Shown here: one piece after another, positions 1-10,500 of the stretch
Numbering within the stretch: position 1 is the first letter of the stretch
Layout of the letters: every line of letters starts with the position of its first letter
Translations under genes and position numbers: made by a program
Assembly: GCA_963760915.1 (NCBI GenBank)
Contig: CAVXEU010000005.1
Location: 256,966-320,965, forward strand
DNA: 64,000 nucleotides
Source of the DNA: an uncultured Bacteroidales bacterium
GTDB taxonomy: Bacteria; Bacteroidota; Bacteroidia; Bacteroidales; VadinHA17
Direction: 5' to 3'
Notes under the pieces: model-generated
Databases searched by the model: none
What the model saw: only the letters and a program-made list of their open reading frames with translations
Told to the model about the DNA's origin: nothing

Positions 1-2
1 AG

Positions 3-638
3 AACTGGGGAGGCAACAATTTTGAATGGAATGTAAATATGAATAAGGAGTTCAGAATAAATGTCGGCACTGACTTCTCATATCCGGCACGTAAAACAAA
101 TGTCAAATTAAATTATACCATAATAAAAAATTATACAGATTTTGGACTGACTGCGCATCCGGAACAATATACCGGTGGTTTGTCTGTTGCTGCAATTACT
201 GTAAGCAAGGAGCTGACAGCCTGGAAATTTCATCTTACTTCCGACGTTATTATTCAAAAAAGCAGTAAACCTGATGTGCTGGATCTGCCACTGGTCACTC
301 TGCGTTCAGCTGGTTACTTTGAGCATCTTTTCAGATTTAAGCAGACCGGAGGAAGGCTGAATACCCAGCTGGGAGCCGATGTGATTTTCAACACCCTGTA
401 TCACCCTTATTCATACATGCCTGCAACAGGCAGGTTTTACCGGCAGGATTTGGCCAGCGCCGGTAACTATCCATTCATTAATGTTTTTTTGAATCTTAAA
501 GTCAAACGAACAAGAGTCTTTGTTATGTTCGATCATGTGAATGCCGGACTGATGGGTTATAATTATGATATGGTACCCACTTATCCTATGAATATAAGGA
601 TGTTACGATACGGATTGGCCTGGACTTTCTATGATTAG
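3..638 (+). CDS. C-terminal part of a putative outer-membrane beta-barrel / porin-like protein (5' end outside window)
   Basis: The frame of ORF 39..638 stays open back to base 3 (NWGGNNFEWNVN precedes the first Met), so the gene enters from upstream. It has an alternating beta-strand-like pattern and an aromatic-rich C-terminus (GLAWTFYD). Confidence 0.45.
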   Translation, partial: NWGGNNFEWNVNMNKEFRINVGTDFSYPARKTNVKLNYTIIKNYTDFGLTAHPEQYTGGLSVAAITVSKELTAWKFHLTSDVIIQKSSKPDVLDLPLVTLRSAGYFEHLFRFKQTGGRLNTQLGADVIFNTLYHPYSYMPATGRFYRQDLASAGNYPFINVFLNLKVKRTRVFVMFDHVNAGLMGYNYDMVPTYPMNIRMLRYGLAWTFYD

Positions 639-649
639 AAAAATTGTTG

Positions 650-657
650 TATCTTTG
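650..657 (+). promoter_or_regulatory. Candidate Bacteroidota -7 promoter box (TAtcTTTG) for mltF
   Basis: Exact match to the TAnnTTTG consensus, 41 nt upstream of the TTG start at 699. No clean -33 TTTG at canonical spacing. Confidence 0.3.
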
Positions 658-698
658 CACCCGTTTTGTAATAAACATTATTAACCAATACAACACCT

Positions 699-2174
699 TT
701 GATTAAAAAGTTCATACCTCTATACACGTTTCTTTTAGCAGCATTAATTTCCTGTTCCTATTTTCACCCCGGTTCAAAAAGCAATAATGGTAATTATGTC
801 TCTCCTGATCTGGATTCGATAAGGAAGAGGGGAAAACTTATTGCTGTAACTGACTTCAACTCAATAAATTATTTCATTTATAAAGGAGAACCAATGGGAT
901 TTAATTACGAACTTTTAAAGTCGTTCTCAGACCATATTGGAATAGACCTTGAGATAGTTACGGAAAACAACCTAGGCATAGCATTTGAAATGCTTAAGAC
1001 AGGAGGTGCAGATCTTCTGGCAATTGGATTGACAGTCAATGCTTCACGGAAAAAAGATATCCTCTTTACCGATCCTATTGATGAAACCAGGCAGGTGCTT
1101 ATTCAGCGGAAACCTCATAACTGGCGCTCATTAACAATCGATGACATTGATAAAAAGCTTATAAGGAACCAGCTCGATCTTGCCAAAAAGACAGTATATG
1201 TTCAGGAAGGATCATCACATGTGGAATGCCTGGCTGCTCTTGCCAGAGAAATTGGAGACTCGATAAATATTATAGAGGTACCATATGATTCGGAGACTCT
1301 CATAAAACATGTTGCAAAGGGTGAGATTGACTATACCGTTTGTGATGAGAATGTTGCTTTGGTAAATGCAACTTATTATACTGATATAGATGTCAGTACA
1401 CCTGTTAGTTTTACCCAGAATCTAGCCTGGGGAATAAGAAAAATCAATTCCGAAGCTCTGCTGAGTGAACTGAATAACTGGATCACAGCTTATAAAAAGA
1501 CCGGTTCGTATGCAATGCTTTATGCCAAATATTACAGGAATTCCAGATCAAGTAAAATTGTAAAAAGCGACTATTATGCTCTTAATACGGGAAAAGTGTC
1601 ACGGTTCGATGATATCATAAGGGAATACAGCGTAAGTATTAACTGGGACTGGAGACTTCTTGCCTCTCTGATTTGCCAGGAATCGCATTTTGATCCTGAT
1701 GTTACATCATGGGCAGGAGCGTATGGGTTAATGCAGATAATGCCGGTTACCGGAAGAAATTTCGGGGTTGATATTACCTCGTCACCGGAAAATAATATAA
1801 GAGCAGGGATAATGTATATAAAATGGCTTCATAAAATATTCGATCCCAGGATCCCCGATGAAAAGGAACGCCTGAATTTTATTCTTGCTGCTTATAATGC
1901 GGGACCAGGACATGTTCTTGATGCAATGAAACTGGCTGAGAAGAACGGCCAGGATCCGAAGAAATGGGAAGCCAGTGTGGCTGTATGGCTATTGAGAAAA
2001 TCTGATCCTCTGTATTATAATGATACGGTTGTGAAAAACGGGTATTTCAAGGGCACTGAATCGGTGGCTTTTGTAACAGAAGTGCTAAACAGGTATGAAC
2101 ATTATAAGAACATCATACCTGAGGTTGAAAACAAACCTGTGGCATTGGGGATCTCGCAACTCAACCGCAGGTAA
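699..2174 (+). CDS. mltF: Membrane-bound lytic murein transglycosylase F-like protein (solute-binding domain + SLT domain)
   Basis: Lipoprotein-like signal (LLAALISCSY). The N-terminal half resembles a family-3 periplasmic binding protein. The C-terminal half has SLT catalytic motifs (ICQESHFDPDV, GLMQIMP, AYNAGPGHV). TTG start. Confidence 0.85.
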   Translation: MIKKFIPLYTFLLAALISCSYFHPGSKSNNGNYVSPDLDSIRKRGKLIAVTDFNSINYFIYKGEPMGFNYELLKSFSDHIGIDLEIVTENNLGIAFEMLKTGGADLLAIGLTVNASRKKDILFTDPIDETRQVLIQRKPHNWRSLTIDDIDKKLIRNQLDLAKKTVYVQEGSSHVECLAALAREIGDSINIIEVPYDSETLIKHVAKGEIDYTVCDENVALVNATYYTDIDVSTPVSFTQNLAWGIRKINSEALLSELNNWITAYKKTGSYAMLYAKYYRNSRSSKIVKSDYYALNTGKVSRFDDIIREYSVSINWDWRLLASLICQESHFDPDVTSWAGAYGLMQIMPVTGRNFGVDITSSPENNIRAGIMYIKWLHKIFDPRIPDEKERLNFILAAYNAGPGHVLDAMKLAEKNGQDPKKWEASVAVWLLRKSDPLYYNDTVVKNGYFKGTESVAFVTEVLNRYEHYKNIIPEVENKPVALGISQLNRR

Positions 2175-2267
2175 TGAATAGTAAGATAACTATTTACCAT
2201 ATCTGCAGGCAATGTTTCCAAATATGTGAGTCAACAAAATGAATTAAGGAGTACCGATATTACAATC

Positions 2268-2906
2268 TCAGGTTTCTATTTTGATACCTGCTCTTTTTAT
2301 GATTGTGAGTAATTCATAAAGTATCATCGCTGTTGCACCCCAGATGACATATCCATCATAGTCAAAATATTTTATATCAATTGTTTCACCTCTTACCTCA
2401 AAAGGCTTTGTTTTGATTATTGCCGGATCCATAAATTTTCTGAGATCAGCATCGATCAGAAATACAACCTCCTCTGACAGATGCTGGAATAAAGGCTCTT
2501 TTTTGTCCCAGCCTACTACGGGAGTGACTATCATATTGCTTAAAGGAATGAATAATGGAGTAAGTGTACCAATTACACTTATTTCAGATGTATCCACACC
2601 GGTCTCTTCATTTGCTTCACGTACAGCTGTCTGAATAATACTTACGTCAGATGCTTCCTTCTTCCCTCCCGGGAAACTTATCTGGCCACTATGGACACCC
2701 TCATACTCGGGACGTTGCATCAGTACTGTATGAACTGATCCGTCAGAAGGATAAAGAAGTATAAGAACCGCAGCTTCACGGGAATCTTTTCCGGGAGTCC
2801 GGGCGAAATCCTTTAACATTCTGTAAGATGACATAAACCATTGTACATCGATTCCGGGAAGATCTTTTTTAATCTCAGTTTTTAATAAGTTAATGAAGTT
2901 TTGCAT
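2268..2906 (-). CDS. Nudix hydrolase, CoA pyrophosphatase type
   Basis: Nudix box (FPGGKKE..REANEETGV) preceded by a VLMQRP..GQISFPGG CoA-pyrophosphatase-like signature. I prefer the ATG at 2906 (MQNFINLL) over the non-ATG start at 2948 in the ORF track. Confidence 0.8.
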   Translation of the reverse strand: MQNFINLLKTEIKKDLPGIDVQWFMSSYRMLKDFARTPGKDSREAAVLILLYPSDGSVHTVLMQRPEYEGVHSGQISFPGGKKEASDVSIIQTAVREANEETGVDTSEISVIGTLTPLFIPLSNMIVTPVVGWDKKEPLFQHLSEEVVFLIDADLRKFMDPAIIKTKPFEVRGETIDIKYFDYDGYVIWGATAMILYELLTIIKRAGIKIET

Positions 2907-3091
2907 TATGAAGCTTTTACCTTTAAAACCATCTTTCCTACCCCTCAATTATTCCTACATTTGGCTTTAACCTGATTTAAACAACATTTTTTTAATAACT
3001 GTTTATGTTAAAGTAATTATATAATCAGCTTCCTTCATAATTTGTTCACTTGAGAACCGGATTTTTTAAAAAGGTATATTCAGAGGGTCGG

Positions 3092-3126
3092 CAACAGGTG
3101 AAGTAAATATCCTAAAACACCTGCTG
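3092..3126 (-). terminator. Weak candidate terminator hairpin after the last permease gene of the array
   Basis: Inverted repeat caacaggtg (3092-3100) / cacctgctg (3118-3126), 8 of 9 complementary, with a 17-nt loop, 5 nt past the stop of the 3132..5444 gene. A T-rich run follows only after about 20 nt. Confidence 0.25.
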
Positions 3127-3131
3127 GCAAA

Positions 3132-5444
3132 TTACTCATACCTTAATGCCCGGACCGGATTTTTTGTTGCTGCACGCCAGCTTTGCCAGCTTACTGTCAG
3201 CAGGATGACTGACAATGCAATTATACCTGATACTGCAAAAATCCACCACCCAAAATCAGTTTTATAGGCAAAATTCTGCAGCCACTTATGCATGAAATAC
3301 CAGGCCACCGGACTGGCCAGTACACAGGCAAGGGCAACCCATTTCAGATAATCTTTGTTCAGCAATTGCAGTATGTTGATGATTCGGGCACCGTTAATTT
3401 TGCGGATGCCAATCTCTTTGGTACGATATCGGCTGGTCTGATAAGAGACAGCAAATAAGCCGATCATAGACAGGAACAGACTGATTAATGAGCATGATCC
3501 GATAAGCATAATGTAGTTTTTATTCTCCTTGTGGAGCCATTCATAACGGTCACCGACGGATTCAATATTTAGAGGGTAATCAGGGATCAGCTTTTGCCAG
3601 ACCAGAGTGATTGTCTGCCTTGCACGGGTAACTTGATTATCCGCTGGTTTAACCATCAGATGGCTGCCCTTATTGTCAAATGCTATGAAAGCTGGTTCTA
3701 TTGTCGATTTTAAGCTTGAATAATGAAAATCTTTTACAACTCCCGCCACAATCCTGTCGTCCATTCCCGGTAAGCTTTTTCCGATCAATGACTGGTTAGG
3801 GAATAAGCGTACCATTGACTCGTTTATCAACAATTTATTCTTGTCAGATGTGAGATTTTCAGAAAATCCGGGCCCATCAATCAGCTCTATACCCATCGTT
3901 GTCAAATAGTTTTCATCACCGGTAAAACCGGCAGGAGAATATTCCTTTTCAACGCCATCTTCCCTGTATTTCAATAAAAGTAAAAAATGCTCCAGTACGG
4001 GAGATGCACTAACCACAGACACCTTGTCAATTGAGATATCTTTCATCAATTCTTCCTTGAAAACTGTTGCTTTATTTGCGTACTGCCCTGGTAATTTAAC
4101 CTCAATCACCTGTTTGTTCAGCCCTATCGGACGATCGCTGATAAAATTCATTTGACGTATAATAACCATAGAACAAATTATAAGTCCTATAGAACTTGCA
4201 ATCTGCAAAATATTGAAAGCCGGCAACTGAACACGTTTAACCTTCTGACTCTGTGCTGACTTTAAAAAACCTGTATTTATATTTGAATGAATTCTATAAA
4301 AAGCAAACAGTAAGGTTACAATAAATAAGAACAGAACGATACCGGTAAGGATCATTAACTGTCCGCTCTGCAGAATAAAATTGTTTGTGATAGTGCTGCC
4401 TGTCAGTTTATTGAAAAAAGGTACCAATTCCGCCATTAATACCAGACTGAGGATAAATGACACACCAATTACAATCAGATTCTCCACCATAAAATCCAGA
4501 ACAAGACTAAATTCTGAACCACCATTTATCCTGCGTATATTATTCTCATTGGTTTTCCTGATCAGTTTATTGGTAAGCAATCCGAGATAATTGAATGAGG
4601 CCACACCTAAAATCATAAGTCCTATGATCAAAGCAATCAACAGATCATTTTTATTGCGACTTACCTCAAAACTTGCTCCTCTGGCTATGTTGAAATAAGT
4701 TTTCATAAAAGGTTCCAGGTAATATGAACCGGGGGTGCCGGTGTTTATTATAGGTATTGTCCCCTTCTTTTCCTTAAAGAGTTTTTCAACTTCCTGTGCA
4801 TTAGCCTGTTTTTTTAGTCTTACATAGCAACGGCTATCGGTTTCCCTGATAAGACGTACCATGTCAAAACGGATCTGGGTATTATCTGCAGGCTTTTCAA
4901 AGATTCCGGTAACCACCATATTCTCCCCTTTCTCACCATTGAAGAAGGTAATTACCTTTCCCACAGGATTTTCTGAACCAAAATATTTTTTAGCCAGTGT
5001 TGTTGATATCACCAGATTGTTGGCTGCTTCCAGGGCTGATCCCGGGTTGTTTGTCAACAGTTTATAAGAAAAAAAATCAAAGAAATTACTGCTGGCGGCA
5101 ATACATGCCGGCTTATCAAAATATTCTTCCTTATTGACAACAATCCGTTGGGAGCTGGCACCATTAATACGGCAAAAATCTTCCACCTGGGCAAAATTTT
5201 CCTTCATATATTCGGCAGATCCAAATCGGCAATGGTACATTTTTCCGCCGGGTATCCATGGATCATCACATTTCAGTGCATAGATCTGGTCATTCCTGCT
5301 CTGAAAATGGTCAGTTTTCAATTCCCTGCTTATGAAGATGATAATCAGGTTAAAAGCAGCTATGCCAATAGCAAGACTGATTATTATTACTGAAGTATTC
5401 AATCTGTCTCTTATAAGGCTTCTGAAAATCTGGGTTAGTTTCAT
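3132..5444 (-). CDS. Double-FtsX ABC-type permease, MacB/LolE superfamily (array paralog P1)
   Basis: 770 aa. Order: N-terminal TM, large extracytoplasmic domain, FtsX block, second extracytoplasmic domain, second FtsX block (RTKEIGIRKINGA followed by 3 TM). Tail SWQSWRAATKNPVRALRYE. Confidence 0.9.
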   Translation of the reverse strand: MKLTQIFRSLIRDRLNTSVIIISLAIGIAAFNLIIIFISRELKTDHFQSRNDQIYALKCDDPWIPGGKMYHCRFGSAEYMKENFAQVEDFCRINGASSQRIVVNKEEYFDKPACIAASSNFFDFFSYKLLTNNPGSALEAANNLVISTTLAKKYFGSENPVGKVITFFNGEKGENMVVTGIFEKPADNTQIRFDMVRLIRETDSRCYVRLKKQANAQEVEKLFKEKKGTIPIINTGTPGSYYLEPFMKTYFNIARGASFEVSRNKNDLLIALIIGLMILGVASFNYLGLLTNKLIRKTNENNIRRINGGSEFSLVLDFMVENLIVIGVSFILSLVLMAELVPFFNKLTGSTITNNFILQSGQLMILTGIVLFLFIVTLLFAFYRIHSNINTGFLKSAQSQKVKRVQLPAFNILQIASSIGLIICSMVIIRQMNFISDRPIGLNKQVIEVKLPGQYANKATVFKEELMKDISIDKVSVVSASPVLEHFLLLLKYREDGVEKEYSPAGFTGDENYLTTMGIELIDGPGFSENLTSDKNKLLINESMVRLFPNQSLIGKSLPGMDDRIVAGVVKDFHYSSLKSTIEPAFIAFDNKGSHLMVKPADNQVTRARQTITLVWQKLIPDYPLNIESVGDRYEWLHKENKNYIMLIGSCSLISLFLSMIGLFAVSYQTSRYRTKEIGIRKINGARIINILQLLNKDYLKWVALACVLASPVAWYFMHKWLQNFAYKTDFGWWIFAVSGIIALSVILLTVSWQSWRAATKNPVRALRYE

Positions 5445-5572
5445 AAAAAGTATATAAGGTCTTAACTAGATATTTTGATAGTTTCATTTTTTCCCTGCTT
5501 CAACGACTTCATAATGAGGCTTTCCGGGTTTTGATCATGATCAGAAATTGGTCAGTGTCCATGATCTCCTTT

Positions 5573-7948
5573 CTACTCATAGCGGATAGCTTCGACAGGG
5601 TTCCTGGTAGCAGCTGTAAGGCTTTGCCAGCTAACTGTCAATAATGCAACCAGAATCGCTGACAATCCTGCAAAAGCAAAAATCCACCAGCTTAACTCAG
5701 TTTTATAAGCGAACCTGTCCTGCCACACGGAAATAATATACATCGAAGCCGGAATTGAAATCAGGAGAGACAGTAGTACCCATTTAACAAAGCTGATATT
5801 CAGAAGATACAATACTTCCGCTATTGAAGCACCGTTGACTTTTCTTAATCCAATCTCTTTGGTTTTTCTTGAGATGCTGATTAGCGCAATTCCGAAAAGG
5901 CCCATAATTGACAATATAGCTGCCAGTAATGAGAATGCTCCGATAATCTTTTTCTGATTTTTCTCGTTACTGTAAAAATCACTTATCTGATCGGTAAGAT
6001 AACGGACCTCAAATATCTCATTTGGTGATATCTGACTGTAAAGTACCCGGAGCTGATTTATAACTGCCTGATCATTTGTACCATCGGTTTTAATAGCGAG
6101 AAGACCCATTCTGGCAGGATTCTGCTGGAGTATTACCATCGGTTGAATGAGAGTGTGGAGTGAATGAGCGTGAAAATCTTTTACAATTCCCTTTACATTA
6201 AACCCAAGGTATTGTTCCCCGGCCTTGACATTATATTTCAATGCACTTGACTCATTAAAAAGAATTTCCATGCGGTCGGACTTATATGTTCCGAAAGGTT
6301 CTCCGTCGATAACCTGAATGCCCAGCAATTCAGTCATTCCTTCTCCCATAATCAGGCCATCGAACCTGACCTTATCGCCAGCAGTAGTTGCCAGGTTTAC
6401 CGGAAGATATGCATCGAATGGAGGGATGAATGACGAACCAGCAGTGATGATAACTCCCGGTATCTTTTCAACTTCGTCACATATTGCCTTAAAACTTGCT
6501 TTTAATTCAGCTGAGTTCAGATCACTTATAATTACGTTTGAAGGATTGATACCTTTAAAACTGGTCATTGAGTATTTTATTTGTTTGGATACAGTTATTA
6601 CACAAACGACCAGAATAACATATATGCTGAAGTGGAATATTAAAAAAGAGTAATTCCATCTGCCTGAACGGTTTAGTGCGGAAGTTTTTCCAGATAGCAG
6701 GAGGAGCGAAGGTATGCGTGAAATTTTATAACCGATTATCAATCCTGAAATTACTCCGGTAAAAAGTACTACCGAAATAATCAGAAACCACATAATTGGA
6801 TTGGAAAAGATTCCCAGACTTAAGGATTTTCCAAGGGTGTTATTTATGAAGGATATTCCTGAACCAATAACAATAGATGCGGGGAAAAGACTTATAATGG
6901 TAACCAGATTTGATTCAATTATTATTTGTCGGTACAGAGAATTTTGCGAAGCTCCCAAAACTTTCCTTGTACCAAGTTCGCGAAGCCTGTCGGTGGTTCC
7001 TGCTCTGGTCAGAAAAATATAATTGGTTACCGATATCAGTAAAATAAGCAATGAAATTGCTTCATAATATTTTAAATCAATCGGATTCCCGGCTCTGCAG
7101 AAAGGACTGCCTCCTCTTGCACCGGATTGCAGGTAAATATCAGTCACGGGCTGAAGAATATACTTGAAATCCTTTGACCTTTCATCTTTTATAAGTTCTT
7201 TATAATTTGCCATTTTGGATACCAGGGCATCCCGATCCGTATTTTTATCAAGAACAACATATGATAAAAAGCTGCCATTTTCCCAGTTTAAAGCTGTTCT
7301 TTTCTCACTTCCGAAATCACCTAACGATCGCTGAAATTGGCTGAACATCTTTTCAGACAATTTAATATTGGCAATAAACAATGGAAACAGGGTGGAGGTT
7401 GAGGGGAAGTCCTTAAAAACTCCGCATACCGAGAGATCAATAAATTCATCATTAAGTTTTACAGATATAATATTCCCGATTGGGGAGGGATTACCAAAAT
7501 ATTTTAATGCTGTTTCCTCCGAGATCGCGACCTCAGATAATGAATGTGCTGCAGTTCCGGCAATTAACCTGATCCCCAGTATTGTGTAGATCGAGGGATC
7601 AGAGAATCCAAAATTTTTATCTCTTACAAGATCGTTTTTCCGGTTACGTAACTGAATTTCATTTGCCTGATAGAACCTGAAATAATCTTTTACTTCAGGG
7701 AATTCTCCTTTCATTGCTTCTGCCAGCGGATACTGTGTACTGCTTGATTCTCCGAACATTATACGGTAAATATTCTGGTGATCAGGAATAAATTTATCAA
7801 ATGATTTTTCATGAAGTACCAGCGCTAAGAGAAGGATAATACATCCCAATCCTAGCCCTAATCCAAAAATACTTATGACAGATTGTATTTTGTTACGGGT
7901 TATATTTCTGATACCTGTTTTAATAACTGAACTTATCATTGGGGTCAA
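5573..7948 (-). CDS. Double-FtsX ABC-type permease (array paralog P2)
   Basis: 791 aa with the same architecture: first-half RELGTRKVLGAS, second-half KTKEIGLRKVNGAS. Tail SWQSLTAATRNPVEAIRYE. The start may be the Met 3 codons downstream. Confidence 0.9.
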   Translation of the reverse strand: MTPMISSVIKTGIRNITRNKIQSVISIFGLGLGLGCIILLLALVLHEKSFDKFIPDHQNIYRIMFGESSSTQYPLAEAMKGEFPEVKDYFRFYQANEIQLRNRKNDLVRDKNFGFSDPSIYTILGIRLIAGTAAHSLSEVAISEETALKYFGNPSPIGNIISVKLNDEFIDLSVCGVFKDFPSTSTLFPLFIANIKLSEKMFSQFQRSLGDFGSEKRTALNWENGSFLSYVVLDKNTDRDALVSKMANYKELIKDERSKDFKYILQPVTDIYLQSGARGGSPFCRAGNPIDLKYYEAISLLILLISVTNYIFLTRAGTTDRLRELGTRKVLGASQNSLYRQIIIESNLVTIISLFPASIVIGSGISFINNTLGKSLSLGIFSNPIMWFLIISVVLFTGVISGLIIGYKISRIPSLLLLSGKTSALNRSGRWNYSFLIFHFSIYVILVVCVITVSKQIKYSMTSFKGINPSNVIISDLNSAELKASFKAICDEVEKIPGVIITAGSSFIPPFDAYLPVNLATTAGDKVRFDGLIMGEGMTELLGIQVIDGEPFGTYKSDRMEILFNESSALKYNVKAGEQYLGFNVKGIVKDFHAHSLHTLIQPMVILQQNPARMGLLAIKTDGTNDQAVINQLRVLYSQISPNEIFEVRYLTDQISDFYSNEKNQKKIIGAFSLLAAILSIMGLFGIALISISRKTKEIGLRKVNGASIAEVLYLLNISFVKWVLLSLLISIPASMYIISVWQDRFAYKTELSWWIFAFAGLSAILVALLTVSWQSLTAATRNPVEAIRYE

Positions 7949-8070
7949 ATTTTAGATTCAGATCCGCTTTTGGTTGTTCTTTATTCTTCTCATGAGTTCC
8001 AAATATAAAACGAATAAATTAGTTAAGCAACTAAACAAGTAATTATAATGTTGTTTTTTTAAAAAGTTTA

Positions 8071-10461
8071 CTATTCATATCGCAAGGATTCGACCGGATT
8101 TCTTGTTGCTGCCCTCCGGCTCTGATAAAATACAGTCATTAACGTTATTATGAGCACGATAAAGCCTGCAAATGCAAATACCCATAATCGCATTTCGATC
8201 CGGTACACAAAGTTCTGAAGCCATTTATGAACAGCATACCAGGCAACAGGACAGGCGATAATAAATGCAATTGCGACCCACTTAATAAATCCTGAATTCA
8301 ACATTAACAATACATCTGTTATTCCTGCTCCGTTAACTTTCCGTATGCCTATCTCCTTTGTTCGTCTTGCAATAAATACTGAGGTGACAGAGAATAGTCC
8401 GGAACAGATGATTAAAATTGTGAGAAGGGAAAAAAATCCGGTTATCTTAGCCTGCGAGAGCTCTTTGCTGTAAGCAGTATTATAAAGGTCGCTGATAAAT
8501 TCATAATTAAAAGGGTAATCAGGTAATTCCTCTTCCCAAACCTTTTTCAGATACGTTATAGCTTCATCTTTTCGGGCCAAATTGACTTTTACCAGAAAGC
8601 ATAGGTAGAATATTGGCTTTTGGAACAGAACATAAGGTTTTATCTCATGTTTCAGAGTATTGAAGTTAAAGTCACGTACAACACCCACAACATTTCCTCC
8701 GTAAAAAATATCGGGGGAGTCAAATTTTATTTTGAAAGGCTGGCCAATTGCTTCATCGGGACTCCATCCAAGCATCCTGACAGCTGTTTCATTCAATATG
8801 TAATCTTCTCTTTTTTTGTCTGGATTATAAATTGGAAAATTGTTGCCAGCAACCAGAGGAATATTGAAAAAATCAAGAAAATTATCCTCAACAGATAATA
8901 CATAAAGTTTTTTTTCCACAGTGTTATCCTTAATTCCCGGTGATTCGATACTGAAGGCATCGACTGTTTCACCGGAAGGTTCCTCTATTGAGGCTGTAAC
9001 ACTCTGTATAAGAGGGTTATGTAATGCTTTTATACGAAATGCGTTGTATTTAAACCTGACTTCCCAGTTTTGCTTTTTAAAAGCGAGAATATCACTGCTC
9101 ATATTCCCCATACTGTGGGATAGCATGAAACTATTCTGCCTGGCAATCGATATTGCTGCTACAAGAAGAATTATGGACATGCAAAATTGCCCGGTCATTA
9201 ATATGCCATAAGATGAAAGTCCAGGAATATTTTTATGGTGACTTTCCTTAAGTCCCGGCAATGATTTACGTATTGTTAATACATGGGAAATAACAGGCAG
9301 GCTGCCGGCTAATACCGGTAAAACTACTAATATTAATAAAACCAGCCAACCGGCAATTAAGTCAGAAATTCCGACTGGCAGAAGGCTGAAGCTGAAATAT
9401 GCCTTAGCCGGACCATCAGACAGATCGAGTAATATTACAGCAAATATGAGTGCCAGTGCAACACAAATAACTGATTCTGTCAATGACTGCACAATTATGA
9501 GCCTGGTTGTTGATCCTGTTATCCGCTGTATCTGTATCTGTTTCCTTAGTGTAAACAGTCTGGCTTTGTTGAGATTATAATAGTTTACCCACGAAACCAG
9601 AAGCATAACCAGTGCAACAATTATGAAAAGCCAGATAGCTGTAATATTACCGTTTGGTTCTGATTCCCTGTCTTTGTCCGAGTAGAGATGAATGTCTGTG
9701 ATCTTTTGAAGATAGGGTATGAAAGTGGTCTGATCCTTTTCCTGAACGACTTTCCTGATAAAGGAGGGGAATTGCGATAAAATTTTCTCAGGAGCAGTGT
9801 TTTGTTTTAACAGAAGATAAACATATGCCCATGAGGGTGATTCTTCGGGTCGTGCAAAAGAGGTCAGGATATCGAAGTGAATATGGGAATTTACAGGAGA
9901 ATCGTTCATAACTCCTTTAATTGTAAAAAGCACCATCCTGGTATCGTATTCGCCAGATAGCCAAATGTTTTGCCCAATCGGATCAGAGTTCCCGAAACAC
10001 TTGTGTGCAAGAGAAGACGAAATTACAGCCGAGTATGGTTCACTTAATACTTTCGCGGTATTACCTGAAAGCAGCCCGATATTAAAAACTTTAAAAAAAT
10101 TTGTATCGGTAGCAAATATCCTGTCCGAATAAAATTTATTCTCTCCTGCCTTAATTGCAGTATGGCGGTAGGGTTCAAGCCTGACCAGTTCTTCTATTTG
10201 CGGGAAATCAGCGGGTATCTGCCTTATCCATTTCTCCCAGCATCGGGCAAAATGAAGCCTGTTCCCGGAATTAATGGTCTCAAATGTCAGTCTGTATATA
10301 CGGTCGGAATCGGGCAGGTGCTTATCGTAGCTGAATTCGTTTTTAACCCATACTATAACAGCAAATGAACATGCAAAGCCAATCGTGAGACCTGTAATAT
10401 TCAATATGGTAAAGATCCTTAGCTTGAAAAGGTTCCGGAGTATGAGTTTTAAGTGGATCAT
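8071..10461 (-). CDS. Double-FtsX ABC-type permease (array paralog P3)
   Basis: 796 aa with the same architecture (RTKEIGIRKVNGAG). Tail FYQSRRAATRNPVESLRYE. Confidence 0.9.
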   Translation of the reverse strand: MIHLKLILRNLFKLRIFTILNITGLTIGFACSFAVIVWVKNEFSYDKHLPDSDRIYRLTFETINSGNRLHFARCWEKWIRQIPADFPQIEELVRLEPYRHTAIKAGENKFYSDRIFATDTNFFKVFNIGLLSGNTAKVLSEPYSAVISSSLAHKCFGNSDPIGQNIWLSGEYDTRMVLFTIKGVMNDSPVNSHIHFDILTSFARPEESPSWAYVYLLLKQNTAPEKILSQFPSFIRKVVQEKDQTTFIPYLQKITDIHLYSDKDRESEPNGNITAIWLFIIVALVMLLVSWVNYYNLNKARLFTLRKQIQIQRITGSTTRLIIVQSLTESVICVALALIFAVILLDLSDGPAKAYFSFSLLPVGISDLIAGWLVLLILVVLPVLAGSLPVISHVLTIRKSLPGLKESHHKNIPGLSSYGILMTGQFCMSIILLVAAISIARQNSFMLSHSMGNMSSDILAFKKQNWEVRFKYNAFRIKALHNPLIQSVTASIEEPSGETVDAFSIESPGIKDNTVEKKLYVLSVEDNFLDFFNIPLVAGNNFPIYNPDKKREDYILNETAVRMLGWSPDEAIGQPFKIKFDSPDIFYGGNVVGVVRDFNFNTLKHEIKPYVLFQKPIFYLCFLVKVNLARKDEAITYLKKVWEEELPDYPFNYEFISDLYNTAYSKELSQAKITGFFSLLTILIICSGLFSVTSVFIARRTKEIGIRKVNGAGITDVLLMLNSGFIKWVAIAFIIACPVAWYAVHKWLQNFVYRIEMRLWVFAFAGFIVLIITLMTVFYQSRRAATRNPVESLRYE

Positions 10462-10500
10462 GTTATTTATTCATTGCCGGGGATTTAACAAAAAGATATC